Positions 25,943-38,820 are shown, counted from the first letter of the whole stretch. The stretch: DNA of 51,956 nucleotides, filler included, from Jimgerdemannia flammicorona (GCA_003990765.1; 2 parts of 2 records of this genome joined end to end with filler, not necessarily neighbours in it); one strand, 5' to 3'. The notes: generated by a model from the sequence alone, not told the origin. Numbers and translations: made by a program.

Positions 25943-26042
25943 NNNNNNNNNNNNNNNNNNNNNNNNNNNNNNNNNNNNNNNNNNNNTTAATTAATTAANN
26001 NNNNNNNNNNNNNNNNNNNNNNNNNNNNNNNNNNNNNNNNNN
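25943..26042. other. artificial contig spacer N44-TTAATTAATTAA-N44
   Basis: Exactly 100 nt, symmetric, with a six-frame stop linker in the centre. Confidence 0.95.
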
Positions 26043-26305
26043 CAGACCCTTGACCTCCAGCTCCACCCCCTCTTCCACCGCAGCCCCCCACCAGCAGGCC
26101 CCTCATACTTCCCCCCAAGCCAGGGCCTCTCTCCACTTGCTGCCATTCAAACGCTCCAGGGCCACCCTGCCCAGTACGCACCTCTGGATGCTCGTTGGTC
26201 GCCATGATACTAGTAGCTTTTCTCCAGAAACTGTGTCGAAAGTGTTGCCAAAGGGTTGTGTAACCTGAATGTTACCAGAGAAAGGTGGTGTCTGTGTAGT
26301 CTCTT
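26043..26305 (-). mobile_element. 5' end of a LINE-B-family copy (LINE-D)
   Basis: Highly similar to 15410-15655; ORF1 start MATNEHPEV at 26205. Confidence 0.9.
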
Positions 26306-26309
26306 TCAA

Positions 26310-29300
26310 CCTTATCCATTAGATGCTCACTGAAAACTCTCATGTATCTAGCTGGCAATCTTTACTTAGATGTCTGCCATCTATGGGTCCTATAAAACCT
26401 TCTCAGCCAGTAGAGAGGAGTTAAGGTGCCAATATCCAAGTCCATCTCTACTCCCCCCAAACTGCCCCTGCCCCAACAGGCTCCAGTGATTAGACCATGG
26501 GCACCACTCTACCTCTAAAGTCCTCCAGACATCCACACCCCAGCATTCGGTCATCAGAATTCAATCTATTCTTGTTCCAAGACCATTCACTCAGTATATG
26601 TAGATCCTCTTTTCACCCCACCCTGTATAGCCCATATCTCCTAAGGAGCTAAGGTTCTCAACCTCCTCTCAAGCATCCAGCTCACCACTCCTCTCACCTA
26701 CACACCTCTCTCCATCAGTTCTATTCAACTCCAGATTCCACACTATATTAAAGTCACCTCCCAGCACATTGACACCATCCTCCAAGAGCACACCTTCCTC
26801 CAAAAGCCCCTTAATCCATATGATCCTCTCACCCCTAACTGTAGGGTAATAGTAATAGCAAGAGCCAACTTTCACTGGCTCCCACCCAGGTCAATTTCAT
26901 TCTCTCTATACCAAACAGTCTCTCCAGCTCCTGATTCCCTCTAAGTCACCTTTACCACTACACATCAAAATCACCACCTTGCCCATCCAAGCTATAGTCT
27001 CTCCCTATTCTCTAGTCCATTCTACATGGTCATCATTATCTTCATAATATATATCTTGTAGCAGAAAGAGATCTGCCTCCAATCCTTTAAGCCAAGTGAA
27101 AATGTTCTTATGCTGCCCAGATCCCCTTAACCCATTCATATTTAGCAAGAAATATTAGTTATACTATTCATAGGAAATAATGTTTAGAAGTAAGATCTCA
27201 CTCATTCTCTACAAATTCACATTCTGCCTCTCCTGTGTCAAGTCCAAGTTATGTTCTGCTTCCAGCTCTTCCTCTTTAGCTTTCTTTGCCTCCAATCTCT
27301 CCAGAAGTTCCACCATCTTGCCATTCTCCTTTTCCTCAAATTCCTCACAATACTCCAGACAGGCCTTCTACCAGAGTTGCAAACCATGCCACTCTGCCCA
27401 ACAGTAAGCAGCCTGCTCACTAGCAGTAACTGCTAGCTCAGTCTCCCTCTCCTTATCAACCTCATATCCCTCCTTCTCTAGGAAAATTGTAAGGACCTCC
27501 ACCTTCAGTGTCTTCACCATATCATCTCCTCACAGAATCTATGTCCAGTACTTCTTACTCATCACTCCCAGGTCTACTTCCCCCAATTCTTCAGCTGTGA
27601 AGTTGTTTATCATCTGATACATCCACAATAAGTTACTCACCTCTTTCCTCTCTGGAGTCACCAGCCTTCCTGTATCCAGTATCATGGTATCAGCTCCTAC
27701 ACTTGCAGTCTCATTCCACCTCTCCTCTGGGACATCTACTAGCTCATCCTCACCAACTGCCATTACCTGTCCCCCTTTCACCAAATCAGGAACTCCAAAG
27801 TGGACCTGCTTGATACCATGCATCAGTACATCTTCCACTGCCCTGCCCTTTGTAGCAGGACCCTACCTGATCAGAGGAGAAGTATCTTCCATAACAGGTT
27901 CCCAGACTTCAAACATACTATCCTCAAATAGATCTATATGTGACATCTTTCCAGCATCCTCCAGAACCCTCTCTACTACTTCTCCTCCCTTACTAGTCCA
28001 GACACTCACCTCTGCATCCACAGACTCCTCAATACCACCATCATTCTTCTTCATTCTACCTTTTATACTCACCAACAGCTCTCTCTGCCTCTTATGCCCC
28101 TGAGTCCTTTCCCACTGCCTCTTGTCAGTGCAGATATACTTTCTTTCCACAATCTCCAAATGCATTGACTCCATATATCTCTTTCAGGCCTTTACCCTCT
28201 GCTCGACAGCTCTACTCATCTCCTCCAGAGCCTCCAACAGATCCTCTACCTCCTCCTTCTCACTCCCTTTTACCCTCAATATCTGACAGATAAAAGCCCC
28301 CTATAGCATCACTGATGGCCAGTCACTTGTCTTTTCAGTGGCCTCCTTCTCTGCCAACCAAATCCTGATATCAACATCTCCAGTTCTGATGGTGGTCTCC
28401 TCTCATATCTGAAAACCAATATCAACCACATTGCTATACTCTACCATCACCTCTTTAACTCTCCTCCTCATATCAACCATTGTTACTATAGGCACCCTCT
28501 TCATTAGCAGCTGAACCACTCTGGGGTCCCATCTAAGACAATACACCATAGGGACCACCACTTCCCCAACTACCACTCCAGTCTTCAGAGCCTCTTCCAG
28601 TGGGCCTGCCTCCTCAAAGCCCACCTCAACCCCCTCTAGTCCCTTCAGGAACTTCACTGAAGCAGTCCCAGCCACCTGCTTTGAGATAATCTCCAGGACC
28701 ATTCTTGCCATCACTGCTAAGCCCCAGAAGTACAAGGTTGCCACAAACTCTGAGATTGACTTCTTGAGTAATAGTACCACTACCAGCCCCATCACACTAT
28801 CCACCAGGTCTCTCTTCTGCTTCAGAAACCCCTGCCCTACCTTGCCATCAGCCATCACATCTCTTTTTTTTTCCTGATTCTCTATCATACTCCCATCAGC
28901 AGTCCCACCCTCAGCCACAGCACCTCTAGCCCCTATGCTCACATCCCTCATCTGGATACTGCTCCCCCTACTGATGCTTGTCTTGCTCTTCCCCTCAGCA
29001 GCACCAGCCCTAGCTCCAACTAGCCATCCACTCCCTTCACCTTGTCTACAAAGCTAGGGTGGCCAGGTCTTCTCCTACTTCTACCTAATACTGGTCCTTC
29101 TCCAGATCCCTCTCCACCCTTTAACCCTCCAAAGGCCCCCATCCCTAGGCTATAACCTCTCTCCACATTCTGCCAGCTAAATGCCCCAGGTCCACCTGAC
29201 TCAGCATATCTGTCAGAACTCTTACTTGATGATATTTTTATAGTACCTTTTCTCTGAGTTGTATTAAAAACCCTTGCTTGAAGTTGGTGTAATGTGAATT

Positions 29301-29330
29301 ATACAGAAAAAAGGTATTGTTAGGTCTACT
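26310..29330 (-). mobile_element. decayed LINE (LINE-E): 5' UTR, ORF1 and endonuclease, interrupted by LINE-D
   Basis: ORF1 pieces 28403-28951 and 27539-27838; endonuclease GGDFN and SNH motifs at 26480-26770. Confidence 0.9.
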
Positions 29331-32300
29331 TTCTCTTTATAGTCTCCTATTTATAGTATTAAGCCTTTAGTAATCTGAGATAATGTCTGAGTTTTGCCAT
29401 TTACAAATTGTATAGTTCTTTTATTACTAGGTATTAGCCTGTTTTACTAAATTCTGATTGATAAAATTTCTAGAGACTCCTGTATCAAAGAGAATCTTTA
29501 TGTCTTATCCTTTAACTTAAGCTAGTATTTCAATAAGTTCTTTATTATTAATTGTAGAAATAACTTCTTGTGTCAGATTTTATTTCTTTTTCTCAGTCTG
29601 AATATTAGCTAACTTAGTAGCTCTTCTTTGACTAAGTTTACTTAAACATAAGTAATAGTCATTGAGCATTTTTGCACAATATATGTATATGCCATGAGGG
29701 TATATTTCACATAGTATATACTTATATTTTAGTTGGGAGTACTATTTTTCTTCTTTGGTAGATTTTGTTTCTTAAATAGTAACTACTATTTTGAGCTTCT
29801 CTTTAGTATTCTGAAGTAGTCCTGAGGATCTAAATTCTTTAGTTCCTCTTTCTAAGAGTGGGAAGGTTTTGACTTCTTAAACTATAAGATTATTCTTTAT
29901 AACTTCTACAATCAGTTGTGCTACTTTTTGTCCTAGTAGAACAGTATATTGTTCTTTTCCAAGGTTTCTCAGAATGACTTTAATTTTCATCCTGATATCT
30001 TTTATCAATAATTCCTCCTTCTATTGAGAGGTCATAATCTTTTGCTAGTCTACTTTTTTCTGCTATTCTAGCATAGGTACTCTGGGGTATTTATACAGCT
30101 ATACTAGTTTTTATCACTTGAGATTTTTCTAATAGTATTGTTTATAAGACAGTACTATAAAGATCATATCCTGTATCTATTGAATAGACCTTAGTAGGAA
30201 TGATTGCTTTATAGTAAAGCTTTTTAAATTTGATAACTTCTTTTATCTCAGAGATAGTATCAATGACTGAGATAGTTGAAGGTCTTGAAGAAATGTTTTT
30301 CTCTGGACAGATATTAGACATATATATGTCCTTCTTTTTACAATCAAAGCATTTGCTTTCTTTTCTAAATCTGTCTCTTTCTTCTGAAGAAAGTTTTTGA
30401 AAAGTGGGTTTCTTAAATAATAGAGTTTCTCTGTTCCAATTTCTTTTCCTTTTTCAGAGTTTCTTATGTTATTCTGTTCTCTAGATTTGGTAGTAGCAGA
30501 TACTGCTTATCTGAAGTACTATTGATTATGAGAACAGTCTGCAGAGATTTCCATTTCCTTAACTCTTCTGAATAACTATAGAGAGATACTTTAGAAAAAG
30601 TAATTTGCTCTGATTTCATTAAAGGCATTATTATCAGAATCATAAAGGTGTTCTAATATATTTAAGAAGGCTTCCATTTTTACTGTAAAGGCTTTTAGAG
30701 TTTCTTTGCTTTATTTATCTCATTTCATGACTTCCAATTGTGCTCTTGTATCTGCAAGAAGTAAAGGATTTAAAAAATATCTTTTTAGGAGATATTTAAG
30801 TCCTCTTGCTTCAGAGATTTGTAGATATCCTAGTTGGTCTCCTGTGGCATCTTGTTTAGTAACTTCAATTCTATCTTCCTAAGTAAGAGGTTAGGATTTA
30901 AGTTATAATATCAGAGGGTAGCTAAATCTCAAAAATGTATAGCTACTTTGGTAGGTTGAGCTTAGACTTTTGCAAAGACTTCTTCTGCAGTATATAATAC
31001 ATTCTTTGCTAAGATAGAGTCTGGGTTTCTTTGGTCATTCCAACTGTTGCACTTGTATTCATTATCTACTATACTTATAAATTCTGGTAGATCTATAGAT
31101 GTTCCTCCAAAAGTGAGAATTAATAATACTTTAGCTAGTTGATTCATAATAGCTATTTGTCCTACTAGGTCAGTTAATATTGCTAGTTATCTTATTAATA
31201 CATCAGTAGCTATTATTGGGGTTACTGGTTCAGGTGTAAACTCTGGTCTTCTAAAAGTTTTATCTAAGTCTTCAGAGATTTCTTCAAAAAGTCTTTCAAA
31301 GTCTTCTTCTTCTAAGAGATCTATTGCTTTCTTCTTCTCTTTAGATAATGTATCTAATAGACTTTCTGTTTCAGAAAGGTCTTCTACTGATAGTTTAGAT
31401 TCAGAATCTGAATATCTATCTTCTAGTTCAGATTCTGGTCCTAAGTGAGAAACAGATACTGAGTATAAAGAGGTATAAATTTCTGAGACAAGGGCTTTAA
31501 GTAATTCTCTAGCTTCTAGTAAATTTGCACTAGGTTCTAAACTTGTTAATTCTGGAGGTTATCTTCCTACTAGTATCTATTGTTCAGCAGATAAATATTC
31601 TGTTTGGTCTCTCTCTGAACTAAGTACAGAAGAGGTGTCTGGTTCTTGATATATATTAAAATAGATTATATGTCCTTTGTATTGAATTTCCTAAGTTGTT
31701 ATTTCAAGAGTTTCTAGTCTTTATAGTTCTTGTATATAGATGGTCTTATGACTTAGATATCTGAAGTAAAGATGAATCTTTCTTTCAGTAGAGTGATAAT
31801 AAGAAGAATTAATCTACTGAAGAATAGTAGTTTTTGTTTCAATAGAGATTAATTCAAGAAATTATTCTATTGCTTGAGCAACTGATTCAGATATTTCTGC
31901 TTTATATATATATTGTCTTACAAGTCTGTAAAACTTTTTCTAAAGATCTGTATCCCTTCTTAATACTGGATATAGTTTACAGAATTCTGAATATAAATTT
32001 TAAGCAGAATGTTTAATAAGTTCTTGTTGTTATTCTTTATGTTAACTTTCCCAGTCAACAATAGTCTTTATATTCTGTTTTCCTCTTGTTTGAGAGTCTA
32101 GGGTATCTAGTTACTTCTTAAAGGATATGTTCAGTAACAGCTTATAGGCTGTTTAACAATCCTTTATTTGTCTTATGTCAGATTGGCTCATAGATTCTAC
32201 TGCTACTAATTGTAATAATATATCTTTACTATTATAGTAGTTATACCTTTTAAGTTAATAATCCTTGATATCAATGACTTAAAGGCACTTATGTTAGATA

Positions 32301-32344
32301 TCTTTAGCTTGAGGAAGCAACTGTCTTAATGCCTAAATACTATC
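29331..32344 (-). mobile_element. old Ty3/Gypsy internal region (gag, zinc knuckle, protease, start of RT), heavily decayed
   Basis: Minus strand gives KCFDCKK..HI at ~30325-30356 and IDTG at ~30168-30182; truncated by LINE-E. Confidence 0.65.
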
Positions 32345-33746
32345 TGTTATACTTCTAATTGATCTAGTCTCCTTCTGGTAAACTTGAATAATAATTTGGC
32401 AATCATAGACTTTAATTCTTAAAGTCTAAGTCTTTTAGTATATCTTTTTTTGGATATAGTCTGGTTCTGAGAATTATATTTAGATTCTTCAGAGTTCAAG
32501 TATTTATAGAGTTTGGGGACATCTATTTTTAGATATAGTCTTTTTAGTTTAAGTTATTCAGAGACTTATCTATATACTATGAACTTTTAAGTCTTAATTA
32601 TTCTATAAATATTTTTCTGTCCTTTATTGAGTTACTTGCTTAGGGCTATTTATACATTTTTGAGGACTTTACATATTGACTGACTATTGGTAGACAGAAA
32701 GTCACTAAAAATGATATAAAAAGTTATACCATAATAGTATCATTATGAAGTCATAATAATGATATCATTTTCATATGCTAGTTATGAGATAATTGTTCTA
32801 GATTTTGACTGAGAATTATAATGCAGTATTTCATTATATCATATAGTAGTAATAAACTTCTATATAAGGAATTGGGGATTTTTTATCTAATTCTGTTTCA
32901 GATGAGAAAGAGGTTAGCTCTTTTGAGCTAGCTTCTGATCTTGTGACCTCAGATAATATAATAGACCAGTCAGGGACTAGCCTAACATTTGAGAGAACAG
33001 AAAAGCCAGATGACCAGGTGCTGACAGAGATGGAGACTTATGCAATTAGTCCTTGGAAGAGACCAATGATAGAGTTTAATACCTCATTTTTATATAGTTA
33101 AGCATCATCATTATAATGGTCTTAAAGGTTAAAGTTATTTATAAGATCTAACTCTACTTATATTATGTAGGTATCATTGAGGCTATCAATTTTGATAGGA
33201 GCTATCCCTTATATGCCACTAATGGCAAAGGACATTTCTCTGAACAATTGATAGATATAGAGCAAAATATATTATCTAAATATGGAGATATTATATTTGT
33301 TTAGTATCTCTGAAGTGTTTATACCACTTCTGATAATAAGTCTATCTGCCTGGTAGTTTCTCAATATCATGAAATATCTGGTGATCTGTTGCATTCTTGA
33401 TACAACTTCATCAGCAGCTTGTAGATACTGCTTAAGATCATAGATATTTATATCAATATATTCCCAGAAGAACTGGTGTTGATAGTTAAAGACAGCATTC
33501 CAGAGTGCTTAGTAGATACATTCAGAGAGTATAGGCATGATTTGTTTATATCTTAGTTTTGTTTTTTTTGGGGAGATGTTTATGTATTTATGTAGTAATT
33601 ATTTGAATGATCATTTTCCAGAGTCAATTTACAGAGTATTTATTTGTTTACTAAACAAACTATTTTAGTATATAGTAACTATGATTTCATAGCTTATTAT
33701 AGTTTAGTTTAGCCCATAAAGTCACTGGTCTTAAATATCTTACTAT
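32345..33746 (-). repeat. 5' LTR of the old Gypsy, proximal part (continues at 42605-42917)
   Basis: Minus-strand end TATAACA at 32345, followed by GA and a decayed PBS-like TAGTATTTAGG; matching start TGTTACA at 42917; split by the younger element's CTAT TSD. Confidence 0.55.
32834..33538 (-). pseudogene. LTR-encoded accessory ORF homologue (~234 aa)
   Basis: One frame from ATG 33538 with 7 internal TAA stops and no frameshift; colinear similarity to the ORF at 41501-42358. Confidence 0.7.
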
Positions 33747-33953
33747 TGTCATATAGTGGTTGCTGAGTCCTTCAAATATACCAGATTCTCTTCAAGGTGT
33801 ATCTCTTAGACTAACTCAAGTTTGTTATAAGTAAGTTCTTATTGGAGTGCCTTTCTAAGGTCTTATAGTCCTCAAACTTCTTATCTTTAACTGTCTTATT
33901 ATCTCTTAGATTGCTTGCAAGGAAGTGTATGTATTGCACTGAGAGGAACTGAC

Positions 33954-33986
33954 TTTATTTCAGAGGAAATAAGAGGAGTATTTATA
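33954..33986 (-). promoter_or_regulatory. LTR TATA box (TATAAATA, 33979-33986) and poly(A) signal (AATAAA, 33954-33959)
   Basis: Both motifs are conserved in the 5' LTR (TATA at 41254-41261), which places R near the LTR 3' end. Confidence 0.6.
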
Positions 33987-34225
33987 CAAAATATAATTCA
34001 ATGGTTGCTAAGATATAAAGCTAAATATAAATTCCAATAACTAAAACTACTAAGTTCCAGAGTCGGCACTGATAGTTGTATAGGTTCAGGATGCTGATAT
34101 TATTTAGAATTACATCAAAATGCTAGTGCTGGAACAATTTCATATCACCTCAGAATATTGGTGCTAGCATTATCCAGTGTTACATGAGAATACCAGTGCT
34201 GGCATTATCTAGTGTAATAAAGAAC

Positions 34226-35082
34226 TTAGAGCAGAAAGTTCAGGATCATAGGGGCTTCATCATCATCATCATCATCACTGAAGGAGATGAGATCCATGAA
34301 TTCATCATATACATCATGCATTTTGCATACTTCGCATACTTTGGATATGTCGTACATCTCATATATGTCGAAGTTACATGGGATGACATCATCACCGATG
34401 ATGTCATCACATTCAGCAGTGGGGAAATCAGGAACAAGATCTGGAGCTCTCCAGTCTATAAGATTCTCTTCCACAAAATAGAGGACAAATATGGGGTCTT
34501 GGGGAGATCTAATCTGGATACTTGGGCCTTGGAATACTGAGATCAATCCTTGCAGGAATTGGTCTGGGTTGTCCTGAAGGATAGGATGCCAGAAGTCTTC
34601 TACTTCTTCGCTATAAGAGTGATAGTGGACTAGGCTTCTGTAGCCACTCTAGCTTCTAGTGCATTGATATAGTGGGATGACAGGTCTCTGAAGTCTGAGA
34701 CTCTAACATACTCCAAGTTGGGGATCGACCATGGTGCATATCTGAAGATCTGATGGATCTTCTTAGCTATCCTTATTTTGTATATATCCATGGGAGTGGC
34801 ATCTTGTAGCTCTTGGATACTGGCCTATGGGAACTCCTGGCAGAGGAGGTTTTCTATTTCATACTCCTGCCACATTTGGAGGCATTTGGTAGCAATGGTG
34901 ATTCTTATTTCCATTTTACAGTAGTAGAGAATGAAGTGATAAGGATCTATAGTACTCAGATTGACACAAGGAGTCCTTCTTGAGCAGGTCCCCATGGCTC
35001 TTCTGATGTCTTGGAACATCCTCTCCTCAACTGAGATACCTTGGTGATTCCTTGACCTTGAGGTTTGGTGAGCAGTAGGCAT
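34226..35082 (-). pseudogene. U3-encoded ORF, 3' LTR copy
   Basis: MPTAHQTSRS...APMILNFLL; two TAG stops and a 1-nt deletion near 34613. Confidence 0.8.
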
Positions 35083-35324
35083 TTTATTTGTGGTAAGTCT
35101 TTGAGCTATTTTGGGATTAGTGGTTCTTATTGGTTGCTACTACTGCAGTTTCTTGATTCTTCTTTTATATTCTTCAGGATGCTTGTACTGTGGTCACAAT
35201 GACTCACAGTTGGTCATCATTGCTCATCTCATATGCTGTATGATTTTCTTATACTCCGATCTGGTGGCTTGCAAGGAAAGACTGTCTCCTGTACTGATGT
35301 CATCATTCTGGGGTCACAATTACA

Positions 35325-35334
35325 TCTTCCTCCT
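35325..35334 (-). promoter_or_regulatory. polypurine tract
   Basis: AGGAGGAAGA immediately precedes TGTAA of the 3' LTR. Confidence 0.85.
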
Positions 35335-35637
35335 GAATAAGGATCTTCTTGAGTATCCTTATTCATTGGTCCAGTCCTGAAAAATTTGCTGATCCTATAA
35401 CCTCTGGCAAGGGGTCAAAAAGTAGTGTTTATGGGCTGGCATCTTCTCTTTGTATTTTGGTATGATGGTGAAGGGTTGCTCCCTTCATATAGAGCAAGGG
35501 CCTGATTCTGATCTTGACCAATCAGTTGATGGTTCAAACTCCTCTAACTTCGAAAGTCTCATGGATGAGTAGTTGCCAGTGCCATATCCCTTAGAGAATG
35601 GTCCAGACAGATAGCCTGCTGGTCATGGGACATGCTG

Positions 35638-36880
35638 TTACGATTTATGGACTAGAACCTCACAGGTGGTCATTATGTTTTGCTTCTCTTGTATAGGTTT
35701 GTGGTACTTCTTAAGTCTATTCCTATATACCATGGTAGGCAGTATGGTCTCTGAGATTTTTCTAAGCCAGAAGATAGTTCCCTTGATATCTTGCATGTAG
35801 AAGAGTCCTTTCTATTTGGACTCCAGTTTTCATGACCATGAGGCTTCTATCATATTTCAATACAGTAGAACCTTTTCTCCAATTCAGATGGGTTCTAGGG
35901 CCTTGTGATTCTTTTCTGCATTCTTCTTTGTCAGCACTTGTGACTTGGTGATATAATCTTCAGCCTTCTTCCTGATTTGGTGTAGTCTCCAGATTTCTGC
36001 ATCAACCCATCTCCAAGTTAGGTCTAGATTTGTAGCTGAGGTTCCATCAGAATCTTCTTCTCTGAAGAGCAGCTCTCTTGGGGTAAAATGTGTGCTCTGT
36101 GACTATATATCTCATAGGACAGAGAGGGTGGTTGGGAGATAGTTATCCCAATTCTCATATGTCTCTGAGATCTTCACTAGGATATTCTTGAGGGTCTTGT
36201 TGATTCTCTCTGTCTGTCCATTTTCTTGAGAGTGGTATGTGGTGGTCTTGATGTACTGGATCTTGTATTTCTGATACATTATCTCATAGAATCCATTGAC
36301 AAATTCTGTTCCATGGTCTGTTGTGATTTGCTTTGGTGTCTTGTAGCAGCAGATGATTTCTCAGTGTAGGAAGTCAGCTATAGAGAGGGCATTGGCTTCT
36401 TGTAATGCTCCTGCCTCTATCTATTTAGTGAAGAGGTCTACAATAACTATAATATAGCAGTTTCCTAATAGTGTTACTGGTAGTGGTCCAATGATATCTA
36501 TTGCAATGTGGTGGAAGGGGATAGGCTCAATTCTTGATGACCTAGGTGCCTGGTCTTGCTGATCTTGTTTCTGTTTTTGGTACTTGTCACACCCTTTGAC
36601 AAATTGGCATAGGTCTTCTTCTATCTTGGGCCACTACATAGTTCTTCTTGCCTTGTCATATGTGTTGGTTCCTCCTAAGTATCCTTGCTCATGTACTTCC
36701 TTCATTACTTGATACTTCTTATGTTCAGGTATTACTAGCTTTCCTTCTTTTCTGAATATAGTGTTGTCTAATTCAAACTGTTTCCAAGTCCAGTTGATGA
36801 TAGTGATTGTCCAGGGTTCAAGGTGGTTGGGCATCTTCCACTACCCAAGATAGCTGATTAATCCATAGTATAACTCCTTA
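35638..36880 (-). pseudogene. integrase (HHCC, DDE, GPY/F)
   Basis: VHEQGYLG..CDKY, HIAIDIIGPLP, TTDHGTEFVN, YHSQENGQTERINKTL, NRLKKYH; TAA at 35638-35640. Confidence 0.92.
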
Positions 36881-36910
36881 TTCATATTAAATAGTCTTGA
36901 TGGGAGTATT

Positions 36911-38300
36911 TCAGGGTGTCCTTGAGAGTGCATCAGCATTGGTATTGGTCTTTCCTAAGCAGTGCTTGACAGTACAGTCATACTCTTGCAGTCTGTAGAT
37001 CCATTTGACATATATTCCTTTGGGGTTCAGAGTGTGAAATAGCCAGGCAAGAGTGGAATGGTCTGTTTGAATAGTGAAGTGTTTCCCAGCTAGGTAGTAG
37101 TGGAACTTGTCTACTGCCCAGACTACTGCTAAATATTCAAGCTTGTATGACTCATAGTTCTGTTCTGCTCTGTGAGTATCTTGGCTTATATAGGAGATAA
37201 CATATTTATGTCTATCTTTCTTCTGAGCTAGGACTGCTCCAAGTCCTATAGTACTCACATCTGTCTGCAGGATGAATTCTAGGTTCCAGTCTGGTCTTCT
37301 GAGGATGAGTACTTGGGTCAACCTGGTCTTGAGTTCATTGAAGGTTTCTTAGTGCTCTTTGGTCCATTCAAATTTGGTCTCCTTCTTCAGTAGCTTATAG
37401 ATAGGTGCTGCAATATTGAAGTATCCTTTGATGAATTTTCTGTAGTAGCTGGCCAGTCCAAGGAAGGCGTGGACTTCTGTAGTTGTTCTGGGTCTTGGGT
37501 AGGCTGCAATAGTCTTGATCTTTATGGGGTTTGTGTGGATTCCAGTCTGGTTGATGAGATGTCCTAGGTAGGAAATTTCTTGAGCTGCAAACTTACATTT
37601 CTTGGGCTTGATATAGAGGCCATGCTCCTTGAGTCTCTTGAGGGCTAGCTGTATGTGATTGATATGTTCCCATGCAGTGTTGCTGAAGATGATCACATCA
37701 TCAATATAGACAAAGAGCCATTTTCCAATCTTATTACTGAAGACTCTGTTCATCATTTGCTGGAAACTTGCTGGAGTATTGTACATTCCAAATGGCATTC
37801 ACAGATAGATATAGGTGGTGTCAGGTGTGATAAAGGCTGATTTCTCACTGGCATCTTGAGTGAGATTGATCTGATAGAAGCCTGAGAACAGATCCAAGGT
37901 GGTGTAGTATTTGGCTTCACTTCTAAGAGTGGTAAGGATTTCTTGAATATTTGGCAAGGGCTGCCTATCCTTCTTGGTGATGGCATTGAGTTTTCTGTAG
38001 TCAATGCAGAGTCTTGGTACAAACTCTCCAGGCTTGCTTCCTTTCTTCAGGGCTAGGACAATAGGTGAGGCCCAGGGGCTAATAGCTTGCTTGATGATTC
38101 CAGCTTCTTCTATTTCCTTAAGTTCTGCTTGCAGCCACTCTCTGTAGGCAGGTGGTATGAGTCTGGCTTTCTGGTAGATAGGCTTGGTATCACCAGTGTC
38201 AACTTCATAGTAGTACTTGGGTTCTTGATTGTAGATATCCCTAAAGTCTGTAGCAAGTACTCCTTCATTCTGGTGCAGGATCTTGAGAAGTTGTTCCTCT
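36911..38300 (-). pseudogene. reverse transcriptase and RNase H
   Basis: SPWASPIV, RLCIDYRKLN, LDLFSGFYQI, MPFG, YIDD; TDVS..GLGAVL, TDHSTL, NADALSR. Confidence 0.97.
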
Positions 38301-38394
38301 AGGGGAAAGTTTTCTCTAATGATATATGTGTACTTGTTCTGGTCCTTGTCTTTCTTATGCTCAAGTTCGGTAATCTTGGTGGCAGCATAGGCTC

Positions 38395-38820
38395 CTCTTC
38401 CAGTAGATCCAAAGCTTTGTTCTCCTCTCTTGGTCTTGATGAGTTTGATGGCTTCAATGATCTTGGGCTTCTTGACTTCGTGGATCAGCATCTAGCCAAT
38501 CCTGTCATGCTTCTTGACTTCGAAGGGGGTGGTATGGTTGTGATTTCTGACTATAAGGAAGATCTCACCAGTGTAATCAGGGTCAATTACTCCTCCTTCA
38601 ACTGAGATTTTGCTTTTGGTCAGACTGCTCCTGGTCTTGATAATTCCGGCATGGTTTTCTAGTAACTTGACTCCAATTCCAGTACCAAGTAGGGTAGTGG
38701 TCTGTGGTTCAAGGGTAGTATCTTGAATGCTGGTAAGGTCTATTTCTATGGCTCCTTCAGTCTTGTATTCTGGGATCTTGGCTTCAGGGTAAAACTTCTT
38801 GACCTTGAGGGTGATGTCTG
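38395..38820 (-). pseudogene. dut: trimeric dUTPase domain within pol
   Basis: GAIEIDL (motif I-like), TRSSL (II), GVIDPDYTGEI (III), DRIG(Q>*)M (IV), RGEQSFGSTG (V). Confidence 0.93.

Larger units (their letters stand above)
33747..35324 (-). repeat. 3' LTR (1578 bp)
   Basis: Direct repeat of 41022-42600; preceded on the minus strand by the polypurine tract. Confidence 0.95.

Noticed and set aside
34184..34540. Plus-strand ORFs in both LTRs (also 41417-41815, 35111-35380, 42387-42608)
   Set aside because: Antisense to the minus-strand frames; the poly-Ile run mirrors poly-Asp. The cross-family homology is on the minus strand.
35165..35626. Post-integrase region as an env gene
   Set aside because: No signal peptide, transmembrane segment or furin site visible in it or in the U3 ORF.
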